DNA of 64,000 nt from the NCBI RefSeq assembly GCF_009914755.1, contig NC_060938.1; one strand, given 5' to 3'. Position 1 is the stretch's first letter, and every line of letters starts with the position of its first letter. This document shows positions 13,901 through 28,147 of this stretch, one piece after another. The stretch is from the human T2T-CHM13v2.0 reference genome, Homo sapiens. A program made the position numbers and the translations under genes. Under the pieces are notes generated by a model. The model worked only from the letters and a program-made list of their open reading frames with translations, did not search any database and was not told the DNA's origin.

Positions 13901-15060
13901 TCCAGTCCATTGACTCAAATGTCAGCCTCCTCTGGCAAAACCCCCAGAGACACACCAAGAAACAATACTTTCCCAGCCACGTAGGCATCCTTTAATCCAA
14001 TCAAGTTGACACCTAGTATCAAGCATCAAAAGCCCACCTCTTGTCAACTTAGCACCCCTACACATCTAGCTGCAATCATGCTTGAACTCCAAATAAAGAC
14101 AATAATAAGGTCATAATTATGCCTAACATAATACAGCTATCCTTCATACAACTGAAAGTGCACTAATCCTTAACCTACATACATACCACTACATATAGTT
14201 AACAACATTTAAATGCTGATAGGAAGTCAATAAATCTTGTGACACATGATAAAAAGAAAACAAATTCAATGAAAACAATTAATATATTTTTGTTTGTTTG
14301 TTTGTTTTTTAGATGGAGTCTCAGTCTGTTGCCCAGGCTGGAGTGCAGTGGTGCAATCTTGGCTCACTGCCACCTCTGCCTCGCGGGTTCAGGGTTCAAG
14401 CTATTCTCCTGTCTCAGCCTTCTGAGAAGCCTGGGATTACAGGCACCTGCCACCATGCCAGGCTAATTTTTGTATTTTTGGTAGAGACGGGGTTTCACCA
14501 TACTGGTCAAGCTGGTCTCGACCTCTAGACCTCAGGTAATCCACCCACCTTGGCTTCCTAAATTGCTGGGATTACAGGTGTGAGCCACCGTGTCCGGCAC
14601 AATGAAGATATTTTCTTAGTACAGTTATACACATGCAGAAATATATTCCTAACAAGATATGGAGAAAATATCCTGAGACTTTGCTGAAGTTGCTTATCAG
14701 CTTAAGGAGATACTCACGACAATTACGGTCCCCACTTCTGGTCGTGTGGTCATTCCTGGTATTGACAACTACCTTCTTCCACTACCCATTCTGTATTTGT
14801 TTTGCCTTCAGCAAGTACCTTGGCTGGTCAGGATTTTTAATCTGGGTGAAGACCCAAACTTTTATTTCTGAAGTATCTGGGCCATTTGTATTCCTGCCTG
14901 AATTAGGTTGTTTTTTCCCATTGATCTTAATCCCATGGCAAAGTAATACTAAGAGATGTCCTAAGAAATCTCCTGTATTCCAGACATACTCTGTCTCACC
15001 TCCATTGTGGAGTAGTAGTCTGATTTCAAATTGATAGTCCGGGTCAATCACCCCAGCCAT
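13901..15060 (-). mobile_element. HERV-L 3' internal region with dUTPase remnant, polypurine tract and start of an MLT2 3' LTR (13901-14029)
   Basis: ORF 14782-15060 reads AGVIDPDYQFEIRLLLHNGG...GDFLGHLLVL (dUTPase motifs 3-4); GTTGACAAGAGGTGGGCTT precedes MLT2-type GTGTCAACTTGATTGGATTAAAGGATGC. Confidence 0.85.
14288..14598 (-). mobile_element. Alu (AluS-like) inserted in HERV-L
   Basis: Full dimer with (TTTG)n tail. Confidence 0.92.
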
Positions 15061-15089
15061 TCAAATGAGAGAGGTTTTTTTTTTCAATT

Positions 15090-15412
15090 TATGTAAATGC
15101 ATATCTTTGAAATTTTGAATGGGATTGCATTGAATCTGTAAATGCTTAGGTTAGGATGGACATATTAACAATGTATGTTCCAGTAACACAAGAACACAAG
15201 ATAGCCTTCCATTTATTTGTGTTTTCTTACATTTTAATCAATATATTATAATTTTCAATGTGCAGATATTTTGTATCCTTGTTAAATTTATTTTGGTAAA
15301 ATTTATTTTATGAATTTTAAGCTGTTGTATTTAGATTTATTTTCTTGATTTTAATTTTGAATAATCATTTTTTAGTGTATACAGAAGATGCTTATTTTTG
15401 TAGGTTGATTTT
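15090..15412 (-). mobile_element. Old L1M ORF2 fragment (host of the nested L1)
   Basis: GGGATTGCATTGAATCTGTA and similar; continues collinearly at 23464-24680. Confidence 0.75.
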
Positions 15413-15551
15413 TGTTTAATTTCAATAGCTTTGGGGGTAAATATTTTTTTGTTAGATGGAGGAATTATATAGCAATAAATTCTGAGATTTTAGTACATTC
15501 ATCACCTGAATAGTGTACACTCTACCTAAAGTGTAGTTATTTTCTCTCTAG

Positions 15552-16563
<1,012 letters not shown>

Positions 16564-19500
16564 AAATAGTAGATCTACCTTTCTGCTTTTCAAGAAATCT
16601 CAATAGTGTTTTCCATAGTGGTTATACTAAATTACATTTTCATCAACAGTGTATAAGCATTCCCTTTTGTTTTTTGACTTTTTATAGTGGCCATTCTTGC
16701 AGGATTAGGTGTTATTAGATTGTGGTTTTAATTTGTATTTTCCTGATGATTAGTGATGTTACACAGTTTTTCATATGTTTGTTGGCCATTTGTATATCTT
16801 CTTCTGAGAACTATCTATTTATGTCCCTTGTCCACTTTCAAATGGGATCGTTTGTTTTTTCTTGGCGACTTGTTTTAGTATTTTGTAGATTCTGAATATA
16901 CCAATTTTTTGTCAGATGTGAAGTTTGCACATATTTTCTCCCGTTCTGTGAGTTGTCTTTTTACTCCATTGACTCTTAGTTGTGCTGTGAAGAAACACTT
17001 TAGTTTAAATGGGTTCCATAAATTTAGTTTTGTTTTTGCTGCATTTGCTTTTGGGGTCTTAGTTATAAATTCTTTGCCTACCCTGATGTCTAAAAGTGTT
17101 TTTCCAATATTGTTTTCTAGAATTTTTGAGTTTAATGTCTTATATTTCAGTACCTGATTCATCTTGAGTTGGTCTTTTATATGGTGACAGATAGAAATCC
17201 AGTTTTATTCTTTTACATGTGGCTTGCTAGTTTTTCTTGTACCATTTGTTAAATGTGGTGTCTATTTTTCAATTTAAAATTTGGTACATTTTGCAAAGCA
17301 TCAGTTGGATTTACATATGTGGCTTTATTTCTGGGTTCTCTATTTTGTTCCAGTGGTCTATGAGCCTACTATTATGTCAGTGCCATGTTGTTTTGGTAAC
17401 TGCAGCCTTGTGGTGTAATATGAAGTTCAGTAATGTGATGGCTCCAATTTTCTTTATCTTATTAGGATTTCTTTGGGTATTTTGGCTTTTTTTTGGTTTC
17501 AAATAAATTTCAGCGTTATTATTTTTGAATTCTGTAGAAAATAATGTTGGTATTTTAATAAGAATTTCATTGATTCTGTAGATTGCTTTAGGCATTATGG
17601 TCATTTTCACAATAGCGATTCTTGCAATCCATGATCAGGGGATGCATTTGCATTTGTTTGTATCATCTATGATTTCTTTCAGCAGTGTTGTGTAGTTCTC
17701 CTTGTTGAGATCTTTTACCCTTTTGGTTAAGTATATTGGTAAATATACTATCTTTTCGCAGCTTCTGTAAAAGGGATGGAGTTCTTGATTTAACTCTCAG
17801 CATTGCTGTTGTTGATATATAGCCGTGCTACTAATTTGTGTACATGTATTTTGTAATCTGAGACTTAACTGAATTCATTTACTAAAACTATTAGTATTTT
17901 GGAGGAGTCTAGGGTTTTAATATATATAATCCCTTGATCTGTAAACAGTGATAGTCTGACGTTCTCTTTTTAAATTTGGATACCCTTATTTTTTTTCTCC
18001 TGACTAATTGCTCTGGCTAGAACTTCCAGAACTATGTTGAATAGAATTGGTGAACTTGGGCATCCTTGTATTGTTTGTGTTCTCAGGGTAAATGCTTTTA
18101 ACTTTTTCACATTCAGCATGATATTAGCTGTGGATTTTTCATATGTAACTTTTATTAGTTTGAGGCAGGTTTCTTCTATGCCTCATTTATTTACAGTTTT
18201 TATCATTAAAAAATGCTGAATTTTGTTGAATGCTTTTTCTGCATCTATTGAGACAATCGTAAGGTTTTTATTTGTAATTCTGTTTATGTGATGTATTACA
18301 TTTATTGACTTGAGTATGTTCAAATAATCCCTGCAATTCTGAGATGAAACACGCTTGATCATGAGGAATTATCTTTTTGATGTGCTGTTGAACTCAACTA
18401 GCTATTTTTTTTTTTTGCTATTTTTGCATCTATATTTATCAGGGAAATTCATCTGTAGAGTGTGTGTGTGTCTGTGTGTGTGTGTTTTCCTGGTTTTGGT
18501 ATCTTGGTTATACTAGCTTCATAGAATAATTTAGGGAGGATTCTTTTTTATCTAAATTTAAAAAATAGTTGCAGCAAAATTGGCAGCAATTCTTCTTTAA
18601 ATTTTTTGATAGAATTCAGCTGTGAATTCACCTGGCCCTATTTCATTGTTGTTATTGTTGGCAATTCTTGAATTACTGATTCAATCTCACTGTTTGTTAT
18701 TTGTCTATTCAAAGTAACTGTTTCTTTTTTATTTAATCTAGGAGTGTTGTATGTTTCTAGAAATTTTTCCATTTCCTCTAAGTCTTCTACATTGTGCACA
18801 TGAAGGTGAACTTAGTAGTCTCAAATTATTTTTTATATTAGTGGTGTAGATTGTAATGTCTCGTTTCATTTCTGAGCTTATTTGGATCTTTGATATTCTT
18901 TTCTTTGTTAATCTAGCTAATGACCCATGAATTTGTTTATTTTTTCAAATAACCAACTGTTTGTTTCATTGCTTTTTTTTGTTTGGATTGCATTTAGTTC
19001 TGCTCTGATCTTTGTTATTTCTTTTCTTCTTCTGGCTCTATGTTTAGTTTGTTCTTGTTTCTCCAATTTCTCAAGGTGTGACATTAGGTTGTGAATTTGT
19101 GCTCTTTCAGACTTTTTGATGCAGGCAGCTGGCACTATAAACTTTCCTCTTATCACTGCTTTTCCTTTATTTTTGAGGTTTCAATAACTTGTCTCATTAT
19201 TATAATTTAATTAAGATAATTTTTAAATTTTCATCTTGATGTAACTGTTAACCCAGATATTATTCAGAAGCAAATTTCTTAATTTCTATGTATTTGTTCA
19301 TTTTCGACAGTTCTTTAGCGAGATGATTTTTAGTTTTATTCTGCTGTGGTCTGAGAAGATACTTGATATGATTTCATTGTTTTAAAAATTTATTGAGACT
19401 TGTTTTGTGGCCTAGTATATGCTCTACCTTGGAGAATGTTGCATGTGCTGATTAGAAGAATGTATATTCTGCAGATCTTGGATAGAATGTTCTGTAAATA

Positions 19501-22500
19501 TCTGCTGCATCCATTTGTTCCAGTGAGTCATTTAAGTGCATTGTTTATCTGTTGACTTTTTGTCTCGAAGATCTGTTTAGTACTGTCATGATTGTACTAA
19601 AATCTCCCATTATGATTGTTTTGCTAACTCTCTCAGTTTTTTAGGTCTAGCAGTACTTGTTTAATGAATCTAGTTCCTCCAGTGTTTGGTGCATATAAAT
19701 ATGTAATTGTAATTTTTTGTTGAATTGATCCTTTTATCATTGTATAGTGATCATCTATGTCTTTTTAAATTGTTTTTGCTTTGAAGTCCTGTTTTGTCTG
19801 AGATCAAAAATAGCTAGTCCTGCTCACTCCTGGTTTCTATTTTTGTGAAATTCCTTCTTCCATGCCTTTTATGATTTACATTCAATGTGAATATTTAGAT
19901 ATGAGTTGCTATTCTCTTTGTCATGTCGTTACCTAATTTTGTTTATTCTTTGATATTGTGTTATTGTTTTATAGGCCCCGTGAGTTTTTAATTTTTAAGA
20001 GGTTCCATTTTTGTGCATATTGGCCTTTTGTTTCAAGGTTTAGAACTTATTCTAGCATTTCTTGTAGTGCTGGTTTGATAGTGATGAATTCCCTCAGCAT
20101 TTGTTTTTCTGAAAATGACTTTATTTCTTTTTTATTTATAAAACAGTTTGGCGGGATAAAAAAGAATTCTTGGTTGAAAGTTTTTCTGTTTAAGGAGTTT
20201 GAAAATAGAACCCTAATCTGTCTTGCTTGTCAAGTTTCTGCTGAGACGTCTGCCATTATTCTGATGGGTTTCTTCGTTTTACTGCTCTTAGAATTATTTC
20301 CTTCATGTAGACTTTAGGTAGCCTGATGACTGTATGCTTGGTGAAGGTATTTTTGCAATGAATTCCCCAGGAGTTCCTTGAACTTTTTGGATTTGGATAT
20401 CTAGGTCTTTAGTCAGGCCAGAGAAGTAGTTCTCAATTATTCCTTCAGAGAAGTTTTCCAAACTTATTATTATTTTTTCTTCTTCAGGAGCACCAATTAT
20501 TCTTAAATTTGTTTGTTTTACATAATCCCATATTTCCTGGAGACTTTTTTCACTTCTTTTGGCTCTTTTTAAATTTATTTTTCTCTGATTTGGTTATTTC
20601 AATAATAGTCTGGTCTTTCTACTTTTTTCTTTAACTGTTTCCTTTTTCTTTTTCCTCGAATATTTTACTTCTACTTTTATTTTGTACTGTTTCTAGTCTA
20701 TTGTTATTTCTGCTACTTTTTTCTAGTCTATTTTTCAAACTTTCCATGGCATTTTGTAATTCCCTTTCCAATTCCCTGCATTTTTTTAAATTTTCAGGAG
20801 TTCTGATTGGTTTCTCTTTAGGATGTCTATCTCTCTGTAAAAATTTGTATTCATATTCTCAACAGTTTTATAAATTTATTTATTATGATTTTTGCCTTTT
20901 TCTGATATCTTCTTGAGTAGCTTATCAATCAACATTCTGATTTTCTTTTCTGATATTTCAAAGACTCCATTTTTGTTATGGTTTATTGCTGGAGAGGTAG
21001 TGTGACCTTGTGACCTTTTGGCACTGGCACAGCACCCTGTTTTCTCATTTTTCCCCAGTTATTTTTCTCATTTCCTCTCATTTTGGTAGATTTTCTAATT
21101 ATTATTGAATTTATGTTTGATTTGACTGTTTCTTGTGTTTGTTTTTAAATGGATTTTTTTCCCTTAAGAATGAGACTTTAATGCTTATAATTAATTACAA
21201 CCTGATTTGGTTTTTGGTCCTTAGAGGGGTGAAGACTCTGTAAGAGTTCCGGGGTTATGGAGAATCTTTGTATGATGGCTTTCCTATGTGTTGATTGCAG
21301 TAGAAATCTGCTCGGTCTGTGAGCAAGTTCACTGTCTTCTATGGGGTTAGAATGGTAGAGGTCTCTTAAACCTTATCTCATTCCTCTGTGGCATGCACAT
21401 GTTTATTTTATTTGTCCCCAGTGATTTATTTATTTGCTTGATGGCTCAAGCTTCACATCAGTGGAGGACTTTTCCTTGGGTAGAAACTAGTTGTGGCTAA
21501 AGCAGGTGGGTAAATTAAGTCCCAGCCTTGACAGAGTTGGCTGAAAGAGGTTTTAGTGAGTCCCACTGAGGTCTTATCGGTGGGAAGGGTTGGAACCACC
21601 TCAGCTCTCTTGTCAAGTCAGTAGGAAATTTATCCACCTCTCAGACATACTGCTGTCCCAGTATTCCGGCTATTCAGATAAGACAGGCATGTTTTTTCAT
21701 CTGTACAAATGTTCATGTGCCAAATAGAGAGGAACTGTGACTCTCTGTCTCATGCAAGCCTGAATCCAGAAAGTGCTGTTTCTGGGGGATGCAGTCACAA
21801 TGATGTGTTCCAGAAAGGCTGTCTATAGTTGCACCCATGCTGAGGTCTTGTGGGAGAGACCCCAAGTGTGCCTACAGTGGTGTACAAGGGGGAAAGGCTT
21901 CCTCTTCTTCAAGATTCTTCACAAGCAACAGGGCTGTCTGTTGAGAAAGAGCTGAAGACTTTCCCAGCTGAGCCCAGTGCTGCAACTGTACTTCTGCTAG
22001 AAGAAGTTTCCCACCAGTGGAGGGATCTGGTGTCCAAGGCCTGCCATCCAGATTCTCTTGTCCCATGAGGTGTTCCCTCAATGTGGTGCACTCCCTTCCC
22101 CTAAGAGGAGGAGAACCTGGGAGCCATGGTACTGTGAGTTATGTTTCTTCTCTAGGTCTAGCTGCCCAGTGACGTTGACACACTTCAGGCTGGTGTGGGC
22201 AAATGTCTCTAAGTGATCCAGTGATGTGAACTGTCCTCATATTTTTCAACAGTGAACAGCAGAACCGGGTCTGATGGGAGTGGCAGGCAGGAGAGTGAAG
22301 GAGACTCTGTGAAATTCCATGGATATTGATAGCCTTTGTGTACTGGCTTTCTTGAATGATGGTTATAGTAGCAATGAACTGGTCACATGGAGAGACTCAG
22401 GATCTCCTGGTCATCCAAAGTGGTGCAGGCCATGGTGATAACTGAGATCGCACAGTCATTTTCTCCTTCCAGGATGCAGTGTTAGTCTACTAGGAGATGC

Positions 22501-23463
22501 TGTAATGCATAGTTGGTTGGCCTCCAGCTAAGAGGTGGTGCTTGCAAAAGAGCACCAGCTGCATTATTAGCGGTGGGATTTTTGCAAGCCTTGTGTTGCC
22601 CAGGTATGGGGGCTACTATGGATTCTTAGGCAGTGGGTGTGGCTATGTAGCTCCCAAAAGATGCTGTCTTTTGTGTTAAGCTGCCAGGGCAGGTGGCTGC
22701 ACAAAGCAAGGTGAGGGTTGGGCCAGGTGGGTTTCCGCTCTGAGTCTCTGTATGCAGGGCAAGCAGCAGCCCCTGTGGGTGTGGGGGACAGGGGTGGTTC
22801 TCAGGCCACTGGGATGATGTTCCAGATGGGACCATGGCTGCCTCTGCTGCACAGAAGTTTGGGCAGGGGGTGGGGAGTGGCAGGTGGTGGTAGGCCCCAC
22901 ACAGTTCCCACATACTTGGTGAGGCTGATCCACTCCCGTGGTGTTCCACTGGCAGCAGTGAGATGAGTTTCAGTCAATCTGTGATCAATACCTGCAAATG
23001 CCAGGAGTCATAGGCTGTCCCCATGGAGACTGCAGCCATGGGTTTCATGCCATGCCCCTTCCTGTCTGCTGCAAAGCAGGGCACCAGCTCCTGCACCCAT
23101 GGCTCCTAAACTTGCAGAGCCCACTTTTAACACTTCCCTACCCAGGCCCTGGCCAAGGGAGTTCGTCCCAACCCTAGGTTATATTACACACCCCTGTTGA
23201 GAGCTACTTTCAACTTGGGACCACTGGCTGAAATTTTTGGCTGTTCTCCCTCAAATGCTGGGGACTCCCAGCCCTTCACCTGACTCACAGTGTAGGCTGC
23301 AGCTTCCTGCTTTTTCAGAAAGTTTGTAGATTATTTCAGTGTTTCTGTTCAGTTCCTGCATTGCTTCTTGAAAATAAGTCCGCGATGTTCATCTCTCCAC
23401 ATCAGTTTGTCCTTCCAAGTGGAAGAGGTATACTAGCAATGCCTCTAACCTGCCATCTTGAAA

Positions 23464-24680
23464 TGTAAGTTTGATTTTGGATTCTGCAACTTTATTGAAT
23501 TTCTTCATTAGTTTCAATCTTTTTTGGTGGAGTGTTTAAGGCTTTGTATAAATAAGAGCATGTAATATGTAAAAATATATTTTATATTTATTCATTACTA
23601 TATGGATGACTTCTATTTTTTTCTTCTGGCCTGTTTTGTCTAGACCACCCAGTGCTGTGTTTAATAATATTGGTGATAGTGAAGCATCTTGTCTAGTTTC
23701 TAGTCTTAGAGGAAAATAAAATTTTCATCACTGTGTATGATGTTAGATGTGGGCTTGTGATATGTGGTCTTTATTATGTTGAGGTATATATGTTTTATGC
23801 ATAATATGTTCAGATTTTTAAAAATTAGAGTGTAGTGGATTTCGACAGAGGCTCTTTCTGCATCTATTGACATGGACATATGGTGCATATGGTTTTAGTC
23901 CTTCAATATTTTCATTTGATATATCACATTTATTTCTGCAGGTTGAAACTTCATTGCTTCCTAGAGATAAACCACACCTGATCATGGTGAATTCTGTTGT
24001 TAATGTGCTGTTGAATTTGGTTTCTCACCACCCTTGAGAGTTTTTGAAACTAGATAATCAGGGATATTAGCCTGTAATTTTATTTATTTGGAGTGTCTTT
24101 TCCTTGCTTTGGAAATAGGACCTTCCAAAATAAGCTTGCATGTATTTTTTCCTCTTTATTTTGTTGGAAATTTGTATAGAGATTCTAGTTTTTTTTTAAA
24201 TTTTTGATAAAATTCAGTAGTGAAGCCATGAAGTTCTTGACTTTTCTTTGATTTGAGATGTTTGAAAAATCACTGACTCAATCTCTTTACTCATAGGTCT
24301 GTTCAGTTTTTTTTTTTCGGGATGGAGTCTCACTCTGTTGCCCAGTCTGGAATGCAGTGGCTAGATTTCGGCTTATTTCAACCTCTGCCTCCCGGGTTCA
24401 ATCTCTTCTCTGGCCTTAGGCTCCCAAGTATCTGGGACTACAGGCGAGCACCACCATGTCCAGCTAATTTTTGTATTTTTAGTGGAGACAGCGTTTCTCC
24501 ACGTTTGCCAGACCGATATCGAACTCCTGACCTCAGGTGATCCACCGGCCATGGCCTCCCAAAGTGCTGGGATTACAGGAATGAGCAAACACACCCAACC
24601 CAGAGTTTTTATTTCTTTATGGTTCAGTTTTGATAGATCGTATGTTTTTAAAAATTTATCTTTATTTTAATTTATCCAAT
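23464..24680 (-). mobile_element. Continuation of the old L1M host, interrupted by an Alu at 24307-24601 (-)
   Basis: RT-region fragment (ORF 23706-23888, HMSMSIDAERA...KPTSNII). Confidence 0.8.
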
Positions 24681-25204
24681 TTTTATGAAAGAAGTCTTTA
24701 TTACACCAGAATACTTATGAATTGGCACAAAGATGAATTATTCAGTACATATTATTGAAAGGAAAACAATCACCAAACAAAGATAACCTATTAATAGTTC
24801 AAAAAGGGGTTAAATGATTTTGTAAAATTAAGTAGAAAATAAAAGAAGGAGTGAGTGAGAGTGGACAGGAGGGAGGAAGGCAAGCAAGCAATGATGAACT
24901 GTGTAAAATTTTCACTAATTAAAATACTGTCATATTGGAGAGGTGCCTGTTAGGCAGCCTTTTGATGTTAACCATCTAATATACACCATGAACAACCTTG
25001 TAGAACACACAAGAGCCCCGTCAGAGAATCCACCTCCCATGGTCAGGTCCCCTATACAGTTGCCTTAGGGGCTGGGAACCCTCCCACATTGTTCTCTGGT
25101 TCTTGCTCCTGAGGACACAAACAGCCAGTGTTTCCTCCCCAGATGAATAGAGAGGCCCCTGGGGAGTGAGTCTCTAGCAGCTCATTCTGCACCTGCGGTG
25201 TGGA

Positions 25205-25243
25205 GGGTTTTAGACGGGCTCGGGGCTGGTTTCTCTCACTGTG
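25205..25243 (-). other. RSS of IGHV5-51 with non-consensus nonamer
   Basis: CACAGTG (25237-25243) then either 23 nt + CTAAAACCC or 22 nt + TCTAAAACC. Confidence 0.9.
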
Positions 25244-25679
25244 TGTCTCGCACAGTAATACATGGCGGTGTCCGAGGCCTTCAGGCTGCTCCACTGCAGG
25301 TAGGCGGTGCTGATGGACTTGTCGGCTGAGATGGTGACCTGGCCTTGGAAGGACGGGCTGTATCTGGTATCAGAGTCACCAGGATAGATGATCCCCATCC
25401 ACTCCAGGCCTTTCCCGGGCATCTGGCGCACCCAGCCGATCCAGTAGCTGGTAAAGCTGTATCCAGAACCCTTACAGGAGATCTTCAGAGACTCCCCGGG
25501 CTTTTTCACCTCTGCTCCAGACTGCACCAGCTGCACCTCGGCACAGACTCCTGTGGGGGAGACACAAAATTTGAATCAGGGGCTCCTTTCCACCCGTTCT
25601 CCTCTGTGACCTCAAGCCCTCGGCAGGACTGACCTTGGAGAACAGCCAGGAGGAGGGCGAGGATGGCGGTTGACCCCAT
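25244..25679 (-). CDS. IGHV5-51: Functional IGHV gene segment: leader exon 25634-25679, V exon 25244-25550
   Basis: [54 protein letters not shown]...[17 protein letters not shown]...YYCAR; 83-nt GT-AG intron. Confidence 0.98.
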
Positions 25680-25777
25680 GATGGTGGAGGACAGAAAATG
25701 AAGCCCTGAGATCCCAGCTGGGCAGTGAGGGAGACTCACTGTGGAGGGGAGCCCTGGGTTTAAGTGGGGAGGCCCCC

Positions 25778-25791
25778 ACTTGCATTTGCAT
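25778..25791 (-). promoter_or_regulatory. Octamer plus overlapping variant octamer of IGHV5-51
   Basis: Minus strand ATGCAAATGCAAGT. Confidence 0.88.
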
Positions 25792-26159
25792 AGTTGTCAC
25801 CCTGCCCTGAAGGGAGGAGTCTACAGCGTTTATAACCCAGAACCTCAAATGCAGAAAAAGGCTGGCCTGAGCCTCCTGGGAGGGGCAGAGTAAGGTCTCA
25901 ATAATTCCTTACACCCTGCTATTGTCCCTCTCCACTCTTTTCCATGTTTCTTCGAGACCCATACCAGGGCCTCCCTTCTTCCACCCTTCTCTGTGACCCT
26001 GTGAAGGTGATAAATCTAGTTGAAACTATGTGTGTTAAAAAAAATGAGAAATAGTGCCAGGAAAGGCCATGAAGAGAAAATTCAAATGCACTTATGCCTG
26101 ATAACAAGAACTACTAAAAAAACTACTGTCTATTCCCTGGCAATTTCGTGTGAGTTGGA

Positions 26160-28147
26160 CTACGGCCTGGGCATCAAGCAAGGGCAGGACCACCTCAGGA
26201 CCTCAACAGTCCTCAAGATGATTAACTTGCCAGACCTTCACCCATGCAAAATCGCACATTTTTCCTGGCCATTTTGTCTTCTAGATTTTTACACTCTGCC
26301 AATTCAACATGAATAGGGAATATTTGTTTAGGTCTCTGACTTGCTGATGGACCTGAAGGGATGCCCATTGCTGCACCCAACTCCTGGTAGTGCTGTTTTA
26401 AGTCCTTTGTGTCAACCCCAGCACCTTCTTGTTTAGTTCTTTCATTTTTTAACATTTATTTTATGATATCCACATTGCTTGGAGGAGGCCCTTAACTATC
26501 CCCTTTGTCTGCCCCATTTTTTTGTGAAGCACTCTCATTTCATTAGCACCTAAAAGATCCAGAGAAAAAGCCAAAGCAACACAAACTACACAAGTTCTGA
26601 AACTATACAGGATCTGATATCCAGTGCACCAGGGAAGCTGTCTCATCAAGAACATCCTACTTGAGGTTGGGATCAGCTACGTCTGTCATATGTCTGTTGT
26701 GAGCTGTGGGTCCAGCATCCTCCCAAACATTCTCCTCTCATCTGCAGCACACGAAGCCAGAGAAGCTGCTACGTCAGTCACTCTCATAGTCCATTGGCTA
26801 ACTTTGTTCACAATCCGATGATATAAATTAATGATATCAATCATATCACAAAATGATGCCACTTTCCATGCTGTCCTCCTTGTTATAGTTGTCTAGTGGA
26901 TTCCTCTCCCCAGCCCAAACTCTGGGCTACCTTCTGTGTCACTCTTATGTGTTGTGTGTTGTTTCTGGACAACTGTACCCTTTGGTGGTGAATGGGAGTC
27001 TAGCAGCCTCGGCTCACAGGGCACACTGCAGGGCTGGATGTGCATCTTTTTACTATTATTTTAGCTATCACAGATATGAATTGCATATTCGGGTTGTTCC
27101 TCATTATTTTTACTTTTCCTTTTTCAGGGAACAACTCCTAGGAAGCTGTATCTGTTGTTTCTAAATTCCATGGATTACTTTCACTTCCTGCTCCTTATTG
27201 GAGTGTACATGCCATCTCATGCCATATGATTCTGTAGCCATCTGGGCATTGAATGTCTTTTATCCCGCACTTTCTCATCCTTTGATGTTATAAAAAATCC
27301 TCTAGCCATGCGTCAGCAATCAGGAACTTTCTAGCATTCTCCAACTCTGATGTAATTGTGTTGAGTGTCCCAAGACCATCCTCAGGCCCCTTAATCAGTA
27401 CAAATAAAGGACACAAGAAAAGCTGTTATTCTCATGGGTGCAGCTTTATTATAGCGAATGAATATGAATTAAAATGAGCAAAGGCACCAGGGAGAAGGCC
27501 CTGAGAATCCAGGCATGAGCTCCCAGGTGTTCTTTCCCTGAGGAGTCTCTTGTCCCCAGTTCTCCCAGCAGTGATGCATGACAACATGTGTGAAGCATTG
27601 TCCACCAGGGAAGCTCACCTGAGTGCTTGTGCCCAGGGCTGTTTATTGGGCCCATCACAGATGTGTGTGACACCTGCACAATTGACCTCCAGTGCTCAGA
27701 CGCCGGCCTCTTGAGCACTAATAGGCATTCACCATAAGTCATTATGAAAACAGCTAGTATAGCGTGCACCCAGGCTACACACACAGAGACACAGACAAAC
27801 ACAAACAAAAATACATTTTAACTAATAAAATAATCACAATATTAAGAGAGATAAGAGGAATGTTTTGGAAGTGATTTCTATGGTTATGACCTTGATGATG
27901 GGGATAACTTTGCAGATGTATACTTACTCCAAACTCAATGAGTTAAGTATGTTAAATAATGTGTAGTTTTACAGATGTAAACCTTATCTTAATCAAGTGG
28001 TTTAATAATACTACCAGGAGGAGTATGCCAAAAAGGCAGATATCATCTCCCAGGAGCTGAATATGGGCCTAGCTTGAGAAAGCACTTTTTCAGGAATGTT
28101 CAGGGTTTGCACAACCCAAGACTGCTCGGTAAATCCTTTCCTGTACA
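26160..28147 (-). mobile_element. ERVL-class relic: MER77/MER21-like LTR (27357-28147, split by an L1M 3' piece at ~27815-28010) plus gag-like internal sequence
   Basis: LTR termini resemble recalled MER77-type consensus; minus frame at ~26880-26690 reads YHRIVNKVSQWTMRVTDVAASL...MFGRMLDPQLT (ERVL gag-like). Confidence 0.55.
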
